In this document: one piece after another, positions 1-9,965 of the stretch | How the letters are laid out: every line of letters starts with the position of its first letter | Position numbering within the stretch: the first letter of the stretch is position 1 | Virus genome (UHGV): UHGV-0094961 | Source: a virus | Reading direction: 5' to 3' (one strand) | Length of the DNA: 38,929 nt | Position numbers and translations under genes: made by a program | Notes under the pieces: generated by a model | What the model saw: only the letters and a program-made list of their open reading frames with translations | Database searches by the model: none | Told to the model about the DNA's origin: nothing

Positions 1-963
1 ATCAACGGGGTTGACTTGTCCCAGCTCGGGGAGCAGTTAGCTCCGCAGAACTCTGGGAAGATTCTGCTGTACGACGCGGATTTCACAGTTTATAAATCTG
101 CTGCTACAGTGAAACGTTTGGATACCGCGATACGCCGCTTCTATCAGCTGGTGCTTGAGGACATGTTCCTGGTCGGCTGCTCAGAAGCAGTGGCGTATCT
201 GACGCCTACGGGGTGTGCTAAGTGCCTGCGCTGGCACCTGCCTACGGCTAAGCCGTACCAAGGGAACCGCAATAAGCGTCAGGAGCTGCCACTCAAGGCA
301 CCGTTGAAGCGGCACCTGATTGAGAACCCGGACCAGTATTCTGAGCATGGCATACAAGTGGTAAGCAGTGACTACTTTGAGGCCGACGACCTATTTGTAA
401 TGGATTCGTACAGCTTCGGGGGCCGGGGAATCCTGATGTCACAGGACAAGGATTCTTGGCTCAGCCCTATGGCTCGGTTCGATATCCCTACCGGAACCGT
501 GTGGCCTGCCTTGGATAACCCATTCGGCTGGATTAAGTGGGATGATACCCAGGCTATGCCGGTACGAGCGCATGGCACTAAGTTCTTCTGGTGGCAAATG
601 CTAGCAGGAGATGACGCAGATAACGTCAAAGGCATCACATTGCTTGATGGAAAGCTCTGTGGGAAGCGAACGGCCTTTGATGCTATCAACCCTATTACCT
701 CAGAGCAGGACGCCGCAGAATTCGTTGTAGCGGCCTATGCTCGAAACAACCAAGACGTACTCGCAGAGGCAGAATGCCTGTGGCTGAGGCGCTCCCAATC
801 AGATTCAGCGTACCTGTATCTGATGTCACTGTTGACTACTCCCAGTCTGCGTGACTGGGTGCATTCTCTGCACGAGTACCATAAACAGCACATACAGTGG
901 ATACAGGAGCACCCAGACAATGGCGAAGATGTCTGCGAAGGAGATGAGCCTGCGGGCGATTGA
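1..963 (+). CDS. 5'-3' exonuclease (T7 gp6-like), 5' end possibly truncated by window
   Basis: Frame is open from position 1; track ORF 16..963 starts at TTG. GDDADNVKGI motif and overall length resemble T7 gene 6 exonuclease (GDxTDGYSGI). Position downstream of where DNA polymerase would lie. Confidence 0.65.
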   Translation: MNGVDLSQLGEQLAPQNSGKILLYDADFTVYKSAATVKRLDTAIRRFYQLVLEDMFLVGCSEAVAYLTPTGCAKCLRWHLPTAKPYQGNRNKRQELPLKAPLKRHLIENPDQYSEHGIQVVSSDYFEADDLFVMDSYSFGGRGILMSQDKDSWLSPMARFDIPTGTVWPALDNPFGWIKWDDTQAMPVRAHGTKFFWWQMLAGDDADNVKGITLLDGKLCGKRTAFDAINPITSEQDAAEFVVAAYARNNQDVLAEAECLWLRRSQSDSAYLYLMSLLTTPSLRDWVHSLHEYHKQHIQWIQEHPDNGEDVCEGDEPAGD

Positions 964-1123
964 GTTATACTACGAGGGGAAACACGATGAACTTGAAACT
1001 ATTCTGGATGCGCTGCGTGAACGAGCACCCAAAACACATCGAAGAACGGTTGAGCATTTGGATTCTCTCATTCACGACAATGCTATGCTGGATGTAGTGG
1101 GGGAGATTCAGGTATGGGAGTGA
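920..1123 (+). CDS. hypothetical small protein
   Basis: ATG at 920 with AGGAG about 10 nt upstream; overlaps exonuclease 3' end in another frame; 68 aa. Start chosen inside track ORF 851..1123. Confidence 0.4.
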   Translation: MAKMSAKEMSLRAIELYYEGKHDELETILDALRERAPKTHRRTVEHLDSLIHDNAMLDVVGEIQVWE

Positions 1124-1521
1124 GCACACCTTGTATAGACCACGGGCGAAAGGGGTGGCCAAATACTGGGTTCCTATCCGCGTGGGTTCTTATTGATGGT
1201 AAACGCCAATCTACAACCGCACACAGGAAAGCACACTATGAGCACACAGGGGAGTGGCCTGAGGTAGTACAGCACACCTGTGGAAATCCTCGCTGCATTA
1301 ACCCCGAGCACTTGCAGGGAGGGACCCACAAAAGCAAAGCAGCAAAGGGCTCCGGCAGCGGTCGCTCACGTTTGAACGAAGGTACGGTGCGTTATCTGCG
1401 GCAAATACACATTCCCGGGGACCGGGAATGGGGTAGCAACGATATAGCTAGACGTCTAGGTATGGCCCACAGTGCAGTGTATCGTATGTTAAGAGGGATT
1501 ACATGGCACTGCGTAAAATAA
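1114..1521 (+). CDS. HNH homing endonuclease
   Basis: HTCGNPRCINPEHL motif typical of HNH endonucleases; GGAGA RBS; N-terminal CIDHGR shared with paralog at 36980. Confidence 0.75.
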   Translation: MGVSTPCIDHGRKGWPNTGFLSAWVLIDGKRQSTTAHRKAHYEHTGEWPEVVQHTCGNPRCINPEHLQGGTHKSKAAKGSGSGRSRLNEGTVRYLRQIHIPGDREWGSNDIARRLGMAHSAVYRMLRGITWHCVK

Positions 1522-1925
1522 CCCGCGCACAGATTCGCTCTGTTGCTATTAAGCTTGCCAAAGACCAGGGGGGCATATGCCCCCTTTGTGGCAAACCTTT
1601 GGACTTCACAATCAAGGGGGTAACTGGTGATTCTATTGTCGTTGACCACGATCATATTACTGGGCGTATTCGGGGTGCTCTTCATCGCTCGTGCAATGGA
1701 GGGGAAGGCAAAGTGGCATCTGCCGCTGGGCGCTGGATTGTTGGTAGCATGCAATCTTCTGGGGCTATTGCTGAATCTCTACGCAGGGTCGCCGATTACT
1801 TAGACCGTGAACCCACGGATATGCTATACTATACGCACAAGTCGCCGGAAGAATTGGCACAGGTACAGAAGCTCAAGGCCCGCAAGGCCCGGGCACGACG
1901 CAAAGCACGGGAGACTATTAAATGA
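1503..1925 (+). CDS. endonuclease VII-like (Holliday junction resolvase family)
   Basis: CPLCGKP ... VDHDHITGRIRGALHRSCN, a Cys pair plus DHDH motif as in T4 endonuclease VII family; start overlaps upstream gene. Confidence 0.6.
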   Translation: MALRKITRAQIRSVAIKLAKDQGGICPLCGKPLDFTIKGVTGDSIVVDHDHITGRIRGALHRSCNGGEGKVASAAGRWIVGSMQSSGAIAESLRRVADYLDREPTDMLYYTHKSPEELAQVQKLKARKARARRKARETIK

Positions 1926-2383
1926 GCAAAGTCAAGGTTGGGGATGTGGTGAGGCGTTGGGCACAATACCGCACGCTAGATTGGGCAGAGTTCTGCATGG
2001 GGCTACGTGTGGCTTATGGTGACTCGTTCACCATTACAGCGGTGCTTGATGGGGGCGTAATCCTTGATGGTTGTAACGGCCATCTGTGGGACCCTTGCCA
2101 CTTTGAGGTAGTCAGCATATCAAGCATTCAGGAAAGTACGCCCAAAGCTCCAGACGCAGTAAATTCACCCAAACACTATCAGTTCTTCCCGGGCCTGGAG
2201 GCAATTGAGGTGATTGCACGCAGTATGACGAAAGAGCAGTTCTACGGATACTGCCTGGGGAACCGGCTCAAGTACAGACTGCGCGCCGGGAACAAGGATA
2301 AGCTGGAACAAGACATTGCCAAGTCCGACAAGTACTCAGAACTATACGAGCAACACAGAGGTAAGTGCATTGACGCCAAGTGA
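1922..2383 (+). CDS. DUF3310-like phage protein
   Basis: SPKHYQFFPGLEAIEVI...CLGNRLKYRLRAGNK resembles the conserved core of DUF3310 phage proteins; ATGA overlap with upstream stop. Confidence 0.5.
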   Translation: MSKVKVGDVVRRWAQYRTLDWAEFCMGLRVAYGDSFTITAVLDGGVILDGCNGHLWDPCHFEVVSISSIQESTPKAPDAVNSPKHYQFFPGLEAIEVIARSMTKEQFYGYCLGNRLKYRLRAGNKDKLEQDIAKSDKYSELYEQHRGKCIDAK

Positions 2384-2524
2384 GTGGTGCCACGGGGTGT
2401 GGTAGAAAGCAGTAGAGCGGGGAGACGAACGCGCCGCTAAAGACTACCTGGAGATGTACAATCTCTGGGTAAGTCGCAATCAGTAGTTAGAAGTACCGGA
2501 CATAACCAAGGAGACTAAGCGCCT

Positions 2525-4993
2525 ATGATTAGCGCCCTGAATACGGTTGTAGTACCAGAGGAAGCACTGGTGAAACGCCAGCTGGAGCTCGAAGAGACCT
2601 ATAAGATTCGCGGAATCGAGCGGGCACGTAAGCTGATTACGGACGCATTGCAGAACGGCGGGATTATGAACCTGCCGATGACGCAGCGTATGCTCACCTC
2701 GGCATATGAGGTGGCTGCTGCCGCTATCGACGAGATGCGAAACGTCAAAGTCCCGGGCATTGGTGGTAAGTACCGCCGGTTCCTGCGCTTAGTCCCCTTG
2801 GATGTCCTGACCACACTGAGCCTGTGCACAATGTTTGAAGCGTTTAGCGTCGCCCCCGGCGAGTCTGCTAGTCGCCGCCAGACTGCGCAGGCGGTAATGT
2901 CCGCACTGGGCCGGAACGTGCAGTCAGAGCTACTGGCTCTGCAGTTACGCAACGTAGCCCCAGCGTACATGGACCGAGTATATGAGTATCTCACAGAGCG
3001 CCGTACGAAGTCCCCTACGCACATCCTGCGTACGCTCCGTGCCAGTGCCGAGAATGTGCACTATGGGCACGAGCCTTGGACCAATGCCCAGAACATCTCC
3101 GTAGGGCGTCTGCTGTGTGCCGCGGTGTTTGAGACTGGCTTGTTCCAGTGGAAGACAGGTAGCGGGAACCTGAGCATGCTCTACCCGGCTGATGACGTTA
3201 TGGGGGCCTTCCAGAAACTGGTGGAATCTGCCGACACTGTAACGATGAAGCCGCCTATGCTGGTCCCCCCGGTGCAGCACACCACTATGTGGGATGGTGG
3301 GTACCTTACTCCTATCGACAACCGCGGTACGTACCATAACTCGCACATCGACCGCTCCAGGCTGCGTGAAGTGGCGGAAGCATTTAAGTCCGCGGATGGC
3401 ATCAAGAAGGCGCTTAATAAGGCACAGGAAACCCCATACCGTATTAATAAGCGCATACTGGAACTGGTGCAAGAAGCACGGGCCCTGGGTATTGGGATAG
3501 GTATGCCCCGCTCAATACCGGAGCCGAAGCCTGAGTGGTACTTGGATGGTGTACCAAAAGAGAACTACACCGAAGAAGAACTGGACCGCTTCGGTGAGTG
3601 GAAGACGCGTATGTCCCTGTGGTACAGTGCTGACCGTAAGCGTGTGTCGCAACTACGCAGCCTTCTGACTACGTTGGAGATGGCAGAGGAATTCAAAGAT
3701 GAGAAAGCCCTGTACTTCCCGACTTGTGTGGACTGGCGCTACCGCCTGTACTTCAAGTCCTCGTTGCACCCGCAGGGTTCTGATTTGCAGAAGGCTCTGC
3801 TGGAATTCGGTAGAGGTAAACCTCTTGGAGAGAGAGGGTTGTTCTGGCTTAAAGTGCATGTCGCCACTTGCTTTGGTTATGACAAAACCCTATTCGAAGA
3901 CCGCGCAGATTGGGTGGATAAAAATATGGCAGTTGTCCGCTCAGTTGCAGAGAATCCATTTGATTCGGACGCTTTTAAGCAGGCCGATTCACCGTGGTGT
4001 TTCTTGGCAGCAGTGCTCGACCTGGTGGCTGCTCTGGATTCTCCGTGCCCAGAAGAGTACATCTCCAGAACTCCGGTTGCTATGGACGCCACAAACTCAG
4101 GTGGACAGCACCTCTCAGCGCTCCTGAGAGACCCTGTAGGCGGTCGTCTGACGAACCTGTACTGGGAAGGTAACGACAAGAAAGCGGACCTGTACATGGA
4201 CGTGAAGCGCCGCACGGATGAGAAGGTGATACTGGACCTGGACAAGGAGGATTTCGTTATCCAGAGCACGTACTGGAGAGAGAACGAAATCACCCGCAGC
4301 ATGACCAAGCACCCAAGTATGACCTACTTCTACAGCGCCACGGTGCGTAGCTGCAGCGACTACATCTTTGAAGGCGCTTGCGCTGAGGGATACGAGGGTA
4401 CCGATACTAACAGTCTGTGGAACCTGTCGTGCTACCTGGCACCGCGTATGCGCGCCGCTATAGAGGAGGCAAACCCCGCTGCTGCGGCAGTTATGGGGTA
4501 CTTGCAGAATCTCGCTAGACGCGTACCGGCAAGCCAGCACCTGCAGTGGTATACGCCGCTGGGCGGGCTCGTAATGAACCGTTACACGCAGCGTGAAGAA
4601 GTGCGTGTACGTATTGACTGCATGAACCTGTCAGCGGTACTGGTACACAACCGGGACTTCAAAACTTGTAACAAGCGCAAGGCAGCCTCCGGGATTGCCC
4701 CAAACTTTGTGCATAGCCTGGACAGTACGCACTTGATGATGGTGCTCTGCGCTGCGGAGGGGTTGGACATTGTGCCTATTCACGACTCGCTGGCTACTCA
4801 CGCAGCTGACGTCGACACTATGCATAGGCACATCCGTGAGCAGTTTGTGCGTCTATATGAAGAGAATGACCTGCTTGGCGATATTACTCGGGCAGCGGCA
4901 GCAGCCGGGGCAGACTTGACGGACCTGGACATGCCAGAGGTGGGCACTTTGGACATCCGGCAAGTGCTAGAATCCCCGTTCTTCTTCTGCTAA
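2525..4993 (+). CDS. single-subunit DNA-directed RNA polymerase (T7-like RNAP)
   Basis: 822 aa; PVAMDATNSGGQHLSALLRD (T7 motif DGSCSGIQHFSAMLRD) and PIHDSLATH (T7 HDSFGT); AAGGAG RBS 11 nt upstream. Confidence 0.9.
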   Translation: MISALNTVVVPEEALVKRQLELEETYKIRGIERARKLITDALQNGGIMNLPMTQRMLTSAYEVAAAAIDEMRNVKVPGIGGKYRRFLRLVPLDVLTTLSLCTMFEAFSVAPGESASRRQTAQAVMSALGRNVQSELLALQLRNVAPAYMDRVYEYLTERRTKSPTHILRTLRASAENVHYGHEPWTNAQNISVGRLLCAAVFETGLFQWKTGSGNLSMLYPADDVMGAFQKLVESADTVTMKPPMLVPPVQHTTMWDGGYLTPIDNRGTYHNSHIDRSRLREVAEAFKSADGIKKALNKAQETPYRINKRILELVQEARALGIGIGMPRSIPEPKPEWYLDGVPKENYTEEELDRFGEWKTRMSLWYSADRKRVSQLRSLLTTLEMAEEFKDEKALYFPTCVDWRYRLYFKSSLHPQGSDLQKALLEFGRGKPLGERGLFWLKVHVATCFGYDKTLFEDRADWVDKNMAVVRSVAENPFDSDAFKQADSPWCFLAAVLDLVAALDSPCPEEYISRTPVAMDATNSGGQHLSALLRDPVGGRLTNLYWEGNDKKADLYMDVKRRTDEKVILDLDKEDFVIQSTYWRENEITRSMTKHPSMTYFYSATVRSCSDYIFEGACAEGYEGTDTNSLWNLSCYLAPRMRAAIEEANPAAAAVMGYLQNLARRVPASQHLQWYTPLGGLVMNRYTQREEVRVRIDCMNLSAVLVHNRDFKTCNKRKAASGIAPNFVHSLDSTHLMMVLCAAEGLDIVPIHDSLATHAADVDTMHRHIREQFVRLYEENDLLGDITRAAAAAGADLTDLDMPEVGTLDIRQVLESPFFFC

Positions 4994-4998
4994 AAATT

Positions 4999-5017
4999 TA
5001 ATGTTACAGGAGTAGGA
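4999..5017 (+). promoter_or_regulatory. conserved 19-nt motif TAATGTTACAGGAGTAGGA (copy 1), candidate phage-RNAP promoter
   Basis: Exact 17-nt core ATGTTACAGGAGTAGGA present three times in window; this copy sits immediately after the RNAP gene, before the late module. Confidence 0.4.
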
Positions 5018-5458
5018 ATGAAGTTAAAACACACTAGTAAAACTTCCGACTACACTCTCAAGGTTCTGTATAAATCTGACGACGTTACAGACGCAGTGAA
5101 GCAACTGCACGAACTGGGCCATGGCATTAGTCGGGGCCTGGCTCCAGAGCAGCACTACTGGAGGGTGTTGGGAAGTATACTGGGTAAACAGTATATACTA
5201 GGAGTCTATGACTCCAAAGGCGACTTAGTCGGTGCTGTCAGCTACTACCCAGAGGCTGTAGAGGACTGTCATTACGTAGAGCCTGTGCTGTATACAGACT
5301 TCTTCGTATTGAAACCGGACAACGGCGCGGCAGTGTCTGTGATTATGCAGGGCCTGCACGCAATAGCCAAGTGCATGCGCGCTGGGCGTATCACCATTAG
5401 CCGAAGCACGTCCAGTAACACGTACAAAACAACTTATCATTTAGTGAGGTCAGAATGA
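5018..5458 (+). CDS. hypothetical protein
   Basis: 146 aa ORF directly after RNAP; AGGAGTAGGA immediately 5' of ATG; no recognisable motif. Confidence 0.5.
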   Translation: MKLKHTSKTSDYTLKVLYKSDDVTDAVKQLHELGHGISRGLAPEQHYWRVLGSILGKQYILGVYDSKGDLVGAVSYYPEAVEDCHYVEPVLYTDFFVLKPDNGAAVSVIMQGLHAIAKCMRAGRITISRSTSSNTYKTTYHLVRSE

Positions 5459-5718
5459 GTGGTGGTTTAGGTAGACTGTTAGGCAAGGCCACGGATATGC
5501 TGGGCCTTACTGACAACGCAGGATTAGAGGCGCAGCAGCGCTTGGCAGAGCAACAGGCCAGCGCAGCTAAACAACAGGCTGCCTTAGAGGCTAATAGCGC
5601 CGCAGATAATATTGCTGAGATTGACCCTGCAGGGGCTGCCTCTGCATCTGCAGATGCAATTACGTCTGAGCAGAAGAAACGGCGACAAGCAGGGCAGAGC
5701 AATCCTCTGGGCCTGTAA
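5455..5718 (+). CDS. hypothetical protein (Ala/Gln-rich)
   Basis: 87 aa ORF, ATGA translational coupling with upstream gene; sits just before portal gene. Confidence 0.45.
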   Translation: MSGGLGRLLGKATDMLGLTDNAGLEAQQRLAEQQASAAKQQAALEANSAADNIAEIDPAGAASASADAITSEQKKRRQAGQSNPLGL

Positions 5719-5727
5719 GGGGGTAGC

Positions 5728-7323
5728 TTGGAACAAAAAGCAACATTAGCAGAACTCTTTAAGAAGGACCAGGACGCGGGCGTCTTGGATGCCTCTGAGA
5801 AGTTCGCGCAGTGGACACTCAGCACTATCTTTACCCGGGACGATTCCCTGGACGGTAGACGCAGACCGCTAGAGCGTGACTACCAGAGCACCGGAGCGCA
5901 GCTGGTCAACACTGCAGCCACTAAGATTGTAGGCGCACTGTTCCCGCAAGGCGCTAGCTTCTTCCGGTTCTCCAAGAGTTCGGACCTGGACGAGTTCATT
6001 AGTTCGCTGGGTAGTGCAGCTACAGCAGAATCTAAGCTGGCCGAGGTCGAGAACACAGCGTCACAGAAAGTATTTGAGAAAGACGGTTATGCTGCGAAGT
6101 TGCAAGCTGTGAAGCTGCTGCTGGTTACAGGTAACGCGTTGGAGTATATTGATGAGCGGACAGGTAAATCCATCGTCTACTCAGTCCGTAACTTTACCGT
6201 TCGAAGGGATGGCAGCGGGAACGTCCTGCGACTCATTATCAGAGAGCGCGCAAGCGTCCAGGACCTGCCAGAGAGTTTCCAGAACACCTTCTACCGTGAC
6301 AAAGACCCATACGGCGACGTTGATATCTACACTGCCGCTTGTCGCAAGGTTAAGCGGACAGAGGAAGGCGTAGAGGTAGTAAGCTACGAGGTGTACCAAG
6401 AAGCAGACGGACACCACATTGGGGACAGCAGCACCTATCCTGAGCTGGAGCTTCCATACAACGTGCTGGTGTGGAACCTTGTTAGCGGTGAGCACTACGG
6501 ACGCGGCTTGGTAGAGGACTACGCCGGGGACTTCGCTAGATTATCAGTGCTGTCAGAAGCGTTAACTAACTACGAAGTTGAGTCTGCGCGGTTAATTCCG
6601 CTGGTTGACGCAAGCTCCGGGCTGGACGTGGACGAATTCGCAACGTCGGAGACGGGCGAGGCTGTGCAGGTGGGTGGTGGTGGTTCCAACGGGAACAACA
6701 AGTCCCCAGTCACTGCTTACGAGGGCGGCTCTGCCCAGAAGATTCAGTGGATTGCCAGCAACATTCAGATGCTCGAACAGAAACTGTCTCGTGCGTTTAT
6801 GTACACCGGTAACTCACGGCAAGGTGAGCGTGTCACGGCTTACGAGATTCGCCAGAATGCCAAAGAGGCGGAAGCCGCTATGGGCGGTGGGTTCAGTATC
6901 CTGAGCGACACCTGGCTGCGTAAGCTGGCGTACCTGTATACTGCACTGGTGTATCCTCGCTTTAAGCTTTATCTCAGCGAAGGTGTAGTGAACATCAACG
7001 TTACGGTGGGTACTTCTGCACTGGCTAAAGCCGCGGCGGCGGACAAGCTGTTAGAGGCGGCACAATCCATGCAGCTGGCTATCCCGGTGCTTGAGCAGAT
7101 TACTCCGCGCTTCAACAAAGATGCGTGCGTAGATTGGTACTTCGACGCCTACGGCATCGTCAGCGAGCCGTTCATGTACACCGAAGAGCAGCTGCAGCAG
7201 AAGCAACGGGTTCAGGATGCGTCTGCCGATGTATCCGCGGGTGTGGCGCAGGACCAACTCCAGGGCTTGACAGCAGCAGACCCGACAGTAGCAGGTAAGC
7301 AGCTGGGCTTATTACCAAGTTAA
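5728..7323 (+). CDS. head-tail connector (portal) protein
   Basis: 531 aa; TTG start with AAGGGGG RBS; NSRQGERVTAYEIRQ and LLLVTGNALEYI segments resemble T7 gp8 (QRTGERVTAEEIR, LVVAGNVLLYL). Confidence 0.85.
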   Translation: MEQKATLAELFKKDQDAGVLDASEKFAQWTLSTIFTRDDSLDGRRRPLERDYQSTGAQLVNTAATKIVGALFPQGASFFRFSKSSDLDEFISSLGSAATAESKLAEVENTASQKVFEKDGYAAKLQAVKLLLVTGNALEYIDERTGKSIVYSVRNFTVRRDGSGNVLRLIIRERASVQDLPESFQNTFYRDKDPYGDVDIYTAACRKVKRTEEGVEVVSYEVYQEADGHHIGDSSTYPELELPYNVLVWNLVSGEHYGRGLVEDYAGDFARLSVLSEALTNYEVESARLIPLVDASSGLDVDEFATSETGEAVQVGGGGSNGNNKSPVTAYEGGSAQKIQWIASNIQMLEQKLSRAFMYTGNSRQGERVTAYEIRQNAKEAEAAMGGGFSILSDTWLRKLAYLYTALVYPRFKLYLSEGVVNINVTVGTSALAKAAAADKLLEAAQSMQLAIPVLEQITPRFNKDACVDWYFDAYGIVSEPFMYTEEQLQQKQRVQDASADVSAGVAQDQLQGLTAADPTVAGKQLGLLPS

Positions 7324-7337
7324 CAACAGAGGCATAG

Positions 7338-8180
7338 ATGGATAACGTAGAAAACGGTCAGAACGTAGAAACTACACAGGTAGAGAACCAAGGTGGCCCT
7401 AAGATTCCGGGCCTAGGTGCTCCCCTTAGCGCCCCGAACAATCAAGGCGTGCAGGATGCACAGACCCCTACCCAGCAGCAACAGGGCAAAGACTCCCCTG
7501 ACCCTGCTAAGATTCCTCTGGATATCGAAGCCCTAAAAGCGGCCCCGGATAAGGGTGGCGATAGCGCTAAAGAGCAGCCCCAGGAGCTGGCTAAGACAGG
7601 CAACCCGACGATTGATGCCGGTGTAGCTATGTTGCAGAAAGTCTCTGGGTTAACTGACTCTGATATGGTGCGGGCACTTGGTAAGGCCCTGGAGTATCAG
7701 GACCCTAACCTAATCGATACGGCCTTCATTAAGGAACGTTTCGGAGAGCACGCTGCTTATGCAGAGTTGCTGGCTAAAGCGTACCTGGAAGACCAGGTTG
7801 GTCAAGCCACCAAAGCAGTACAAGAAGCTTACGATATCGTGGGCGGTAAGGAGAACTGGGAGGTAGCAGCGCAGCTGTTTAATTCCAAGGCCCCTGAACC
7901 TCTGCGTAACGCAGCTCGTGTACTCGCTAACTCGGGTGAGCTCAAGCAGGCCGCTGAGTTGGTAGCAAGCTTCTGCCGGGATATGGGTCTTATCAAGACA
8001 CAGAACCCAATGGTACGAGGCGTGGCCAGCAACAATGCACTGTCTGCTGCGGAATTCCGCGCAGAATATACCAAACTCCGTCAGGAAGCGGGCAACCGTA
8101 GCTTGGCGTCTCCACAGTTCAGTCAACGTTATAACGATTTGCTCGCACGCCGTGAAGCTGGTAAGCGCGTAGGTCTTTAA
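7338..8180 (+). CDS. capsid assembly scaffolding protein
   Basis: 280 aa acidic, low-complexity protein between portal and major capsid genes (T7 gp9 position); RBS present. Confidence 0.65.
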   Translation: MDNVENGQNVETTQVENQGGPKIPGLGAPLSAPNNQGVQDAQTPTQQQQGKDSPDPAKIPLDIEALKAAPDKGGDSAKEQPQELAKTGNPTIDAGVAMLQKVSGLTDSDMVRALGKALEYQDPNLIDTAFIKERFGEHAAYAELLAKAYLEDQVGQATKAVQEAYDIVGGKENWEVAAQLFNSKAPEPLRNAARVLANSGELKQAAELVASFCRDMGLIKTQNPMVRGVASNNALSAAEFRAEYTKLRQEAGNRSLASPQFSQRYNDLLARREAGKRVGL

Positions 8181-8205
8181 TTTTATTTATAAAGGAAACT
8201 AAAGC

Positions 8206-9225
8206 ATGGCCAACACTATTTATAATGGCAACCTGACTCGTCCGCACTGGGGCGGCGCAGACTCCGACGTAGACGTTCACCTGGAAGTGTACCAGAACGA
8301 AGTGGATACCCGCTTCCAGTACCGGGCTCTATTCCTGGGCCTCTCCAGCCAGCGCTCTATCAGCGGTTCCAACACCTACCGTATTGACCGACTGAACACC
8401 TCCTCGGTGAAAGGTCGTCGCTCCGGTGAGGCGCTGGATAGCACTCCGGTCCGTAACGATAAGATGATTATCGTGGTGGATACGGTGCTGTATATCCGTA
8501 ACCCGATTGACTATCAGGATGACTGGACCGGTCCGGACTTCCTGACCGAGATGGGTCAGAACAACGGCTCTGAGTTCGCAGAGGTCTTCGACCAGGCGCA
8601 CCTGATTCAGCTCATCAAGGGCCGTTCCTGGGTTGCGCCGGCGCACCTGAAACCGGCGTTCAACGACGGTATCGAGGTAGGCGCAGCTATCCTGGTTCCG
8701 GGTACCACCACCGCCACTCAGCTGACCCAGGCTGAGATGGAGGCGAACGCCATGAACATCAACCTGGCCCACAAGGCTGGTATTGACGAACTCATCAAGC
8801 GTAAGACCCCGCTGGCGGACATGATTACCCTGGTGGACGTCGATACCTATTCGCGTCTGCTGGAGCATCCGAAGCTCCTGAACCTGGACTTCGGCGCGTC
8901 CAACAATGATGGTTACAAAGACCGACGTGTAGTGAAGATGAACGGTGTGCCTGTAGTTGAGTGCACCGAGTTCCCGACCGCTGCTGGTACGCACCCGCTG
9001 GGCTCCGCTTACGCCGTCACCCCTGACGACGCGCTGTGCCGTATGGTGACTTTCAGCAAGTCCAAGACCCTGGTGACTGTTGAGGCTAAGCCGTTCACCT
9101 CCCGTATCTGGGATGATGAGCGAGAGTTCAGCAACGTGCTGGACTGCTACGCAATGTACAACATCGGTCTGCGTCGTCCGGACACCGCTGCAGTGACCAA
9201 GTTCACCTTCACCACCAAGTCCTAA
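8206..9225 (+). CDS. major capsid protein
   Basis: 339 aa; C-terminal CYAMYNIGLRRPDTAAVTKF resembles T7 gp10A AKYAMGHGGLRPEAAGAVVF; position and length canonical. Confidence 0.9.
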   Translation: MANTIYNGNLTRPHWGGADSDVDVHLEVYQNEVDTRFQYRALFLGLSSQRSISGSNTYRIDRLNTSSVKGRRSGEALDSTPVRNDKMIIVVDTVLYIRNPIDYQDDWTGPDFLTEMGQNNGSEFAEVFDQAHLIQLIKGRSWVAPAHLKPAFNDGIEVGAAILVPGTTTATQLTQAEMEANAMNINLAHKAGIDELIKRKTPLADMITLVDVDTYSRLLEHPKLLNLDFGASNNDGYKDRRVVKMNGVPVVECTEFPTAAGTHPLGSAYAVTPDDALCRMVTFSKSKTLVTVEAKPFTSRIWDDEREFSNVLDCYAMYNIGLRRPDTAAVTKFTFTTKS

Positions 9226-9236
9226 TTGGAGGTTCA

Positions 9237-9419
9237 ATGGCAGTAATCGCTACGTTCGGTCTGGAGACTCTCCGGGCCAATGCAGCTCAGCGGGAGGCGG
9301 TTAAGGCCGCCACCGATGTAGCGAAGAACATCCAGGTGGCTTCGGTTGAATCTGGCCGCAAGGCTACCAAGAAAACCCGTAAGGCGGCTGACGCAGCCGC
9401 TGATACTGCGGAAGAGTAA
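9237..9419 (+). CDS. hypothetical small protein
   Basis: 60 aa, GGAGG RBS 6 nt upstream of ATG, directly after capsid gene. Confidence 0.45.
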   Translation: MAVIATFGLETLRANAAQREAVKAATDVAKNIQVASVESGRKATKKTRKAADAAADTAEE

Positions 9420-9468
9420 ACAGTTAACGGCAATTGAACCTGCCTAGTTCCGTTTGATGAGGAAACCT

Positions 9469-9801
9469 ATGAAAGATATCCGTAACATTATAACCGGTAT
9501 GACCCGCATGGAGGCCATAACCCAAGGTGGTGTAGAGTACGGCACAGGGGTGTGGCACAAACGCTGCACTGGGGACAGTACAGCCAATGCTCTGCGCATC
9601 ATCTCAGAGGCCATGTTAAAGCAGGCTGTACCTGTTAGGGTTGAGCAGTACGTAGTAAGCGGCACCCACACCCGGGAACCTAAGCACGTGTTTGATTTGT
9701 GCCGATATCTGGTGGATGTTATGGGTCTTCGGGGTTTTACGTTTAACGCAGCAGCTAGAACTGTTGAGTGTAACGTGTTCGAGCCTGTTAACAAACAGTA
9801 A
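9469..9801 (+). CDS. hypothetical protein
   Basis: Start placed at ATG 9469 (GAGGAAA RBS) inside track ORF 9454..9801; 110 aa. Confidence 0.45.
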   Translation: MKDIRNIITGMTRMEAITQGGVEYGTGVWHKRCTGDSTANALRIISEAMLKQAVPVRVEQYVVSGTHTREPKHVFDLCRYLVDVMGLRGFTFNAAARTVECNVFEPVNKQ

Positions 9802-9877
9802 TACGCGCCCCTGGTGCCTTCGTGCATTCTTATGATTTTTGTTTTCATTTTCTTCTAAGCAAGTGAGGCATACTAGG

Positions 9878-9920
9878 ACCTGGTGCCTTCGGGTGCCCGG
9901 GGCTTTTTTTTTTTTTTTTT
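9878..9920 (+). terminator. putative rho-independent terminator (GC-rich structured segment with UUCG loop candidate, then T17)
   Basis: 17 consecutive T at 9904..9920 after a GC-rich segment; lies downstream of the capsid module where T7-like phages carry their major terminator. Confidence 0.5.
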
Positions 9921-9965
9921 GTCCCTGTCTTAAGGGTCCAAGGGGTCTTTAATAGAGGAACAAAT

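Noticed and set aside
2599-4540. Several 140-175-aa antisense ORFs within the RNA polymerase gene
   Set aside because: Embedded opposite a gene with clear RNAP motifs; no RBS; composition typical of antisense translation.
8329-9237. 302-aa antisense ORF inside the major capsid gene
   Set aside because: Lies entirely opposite a gene with strong capsid homology; long antisense ORFs are expected in GC-biased coding sequence; translation is low-complexity (G/R/H/V-rich) with no RBS.
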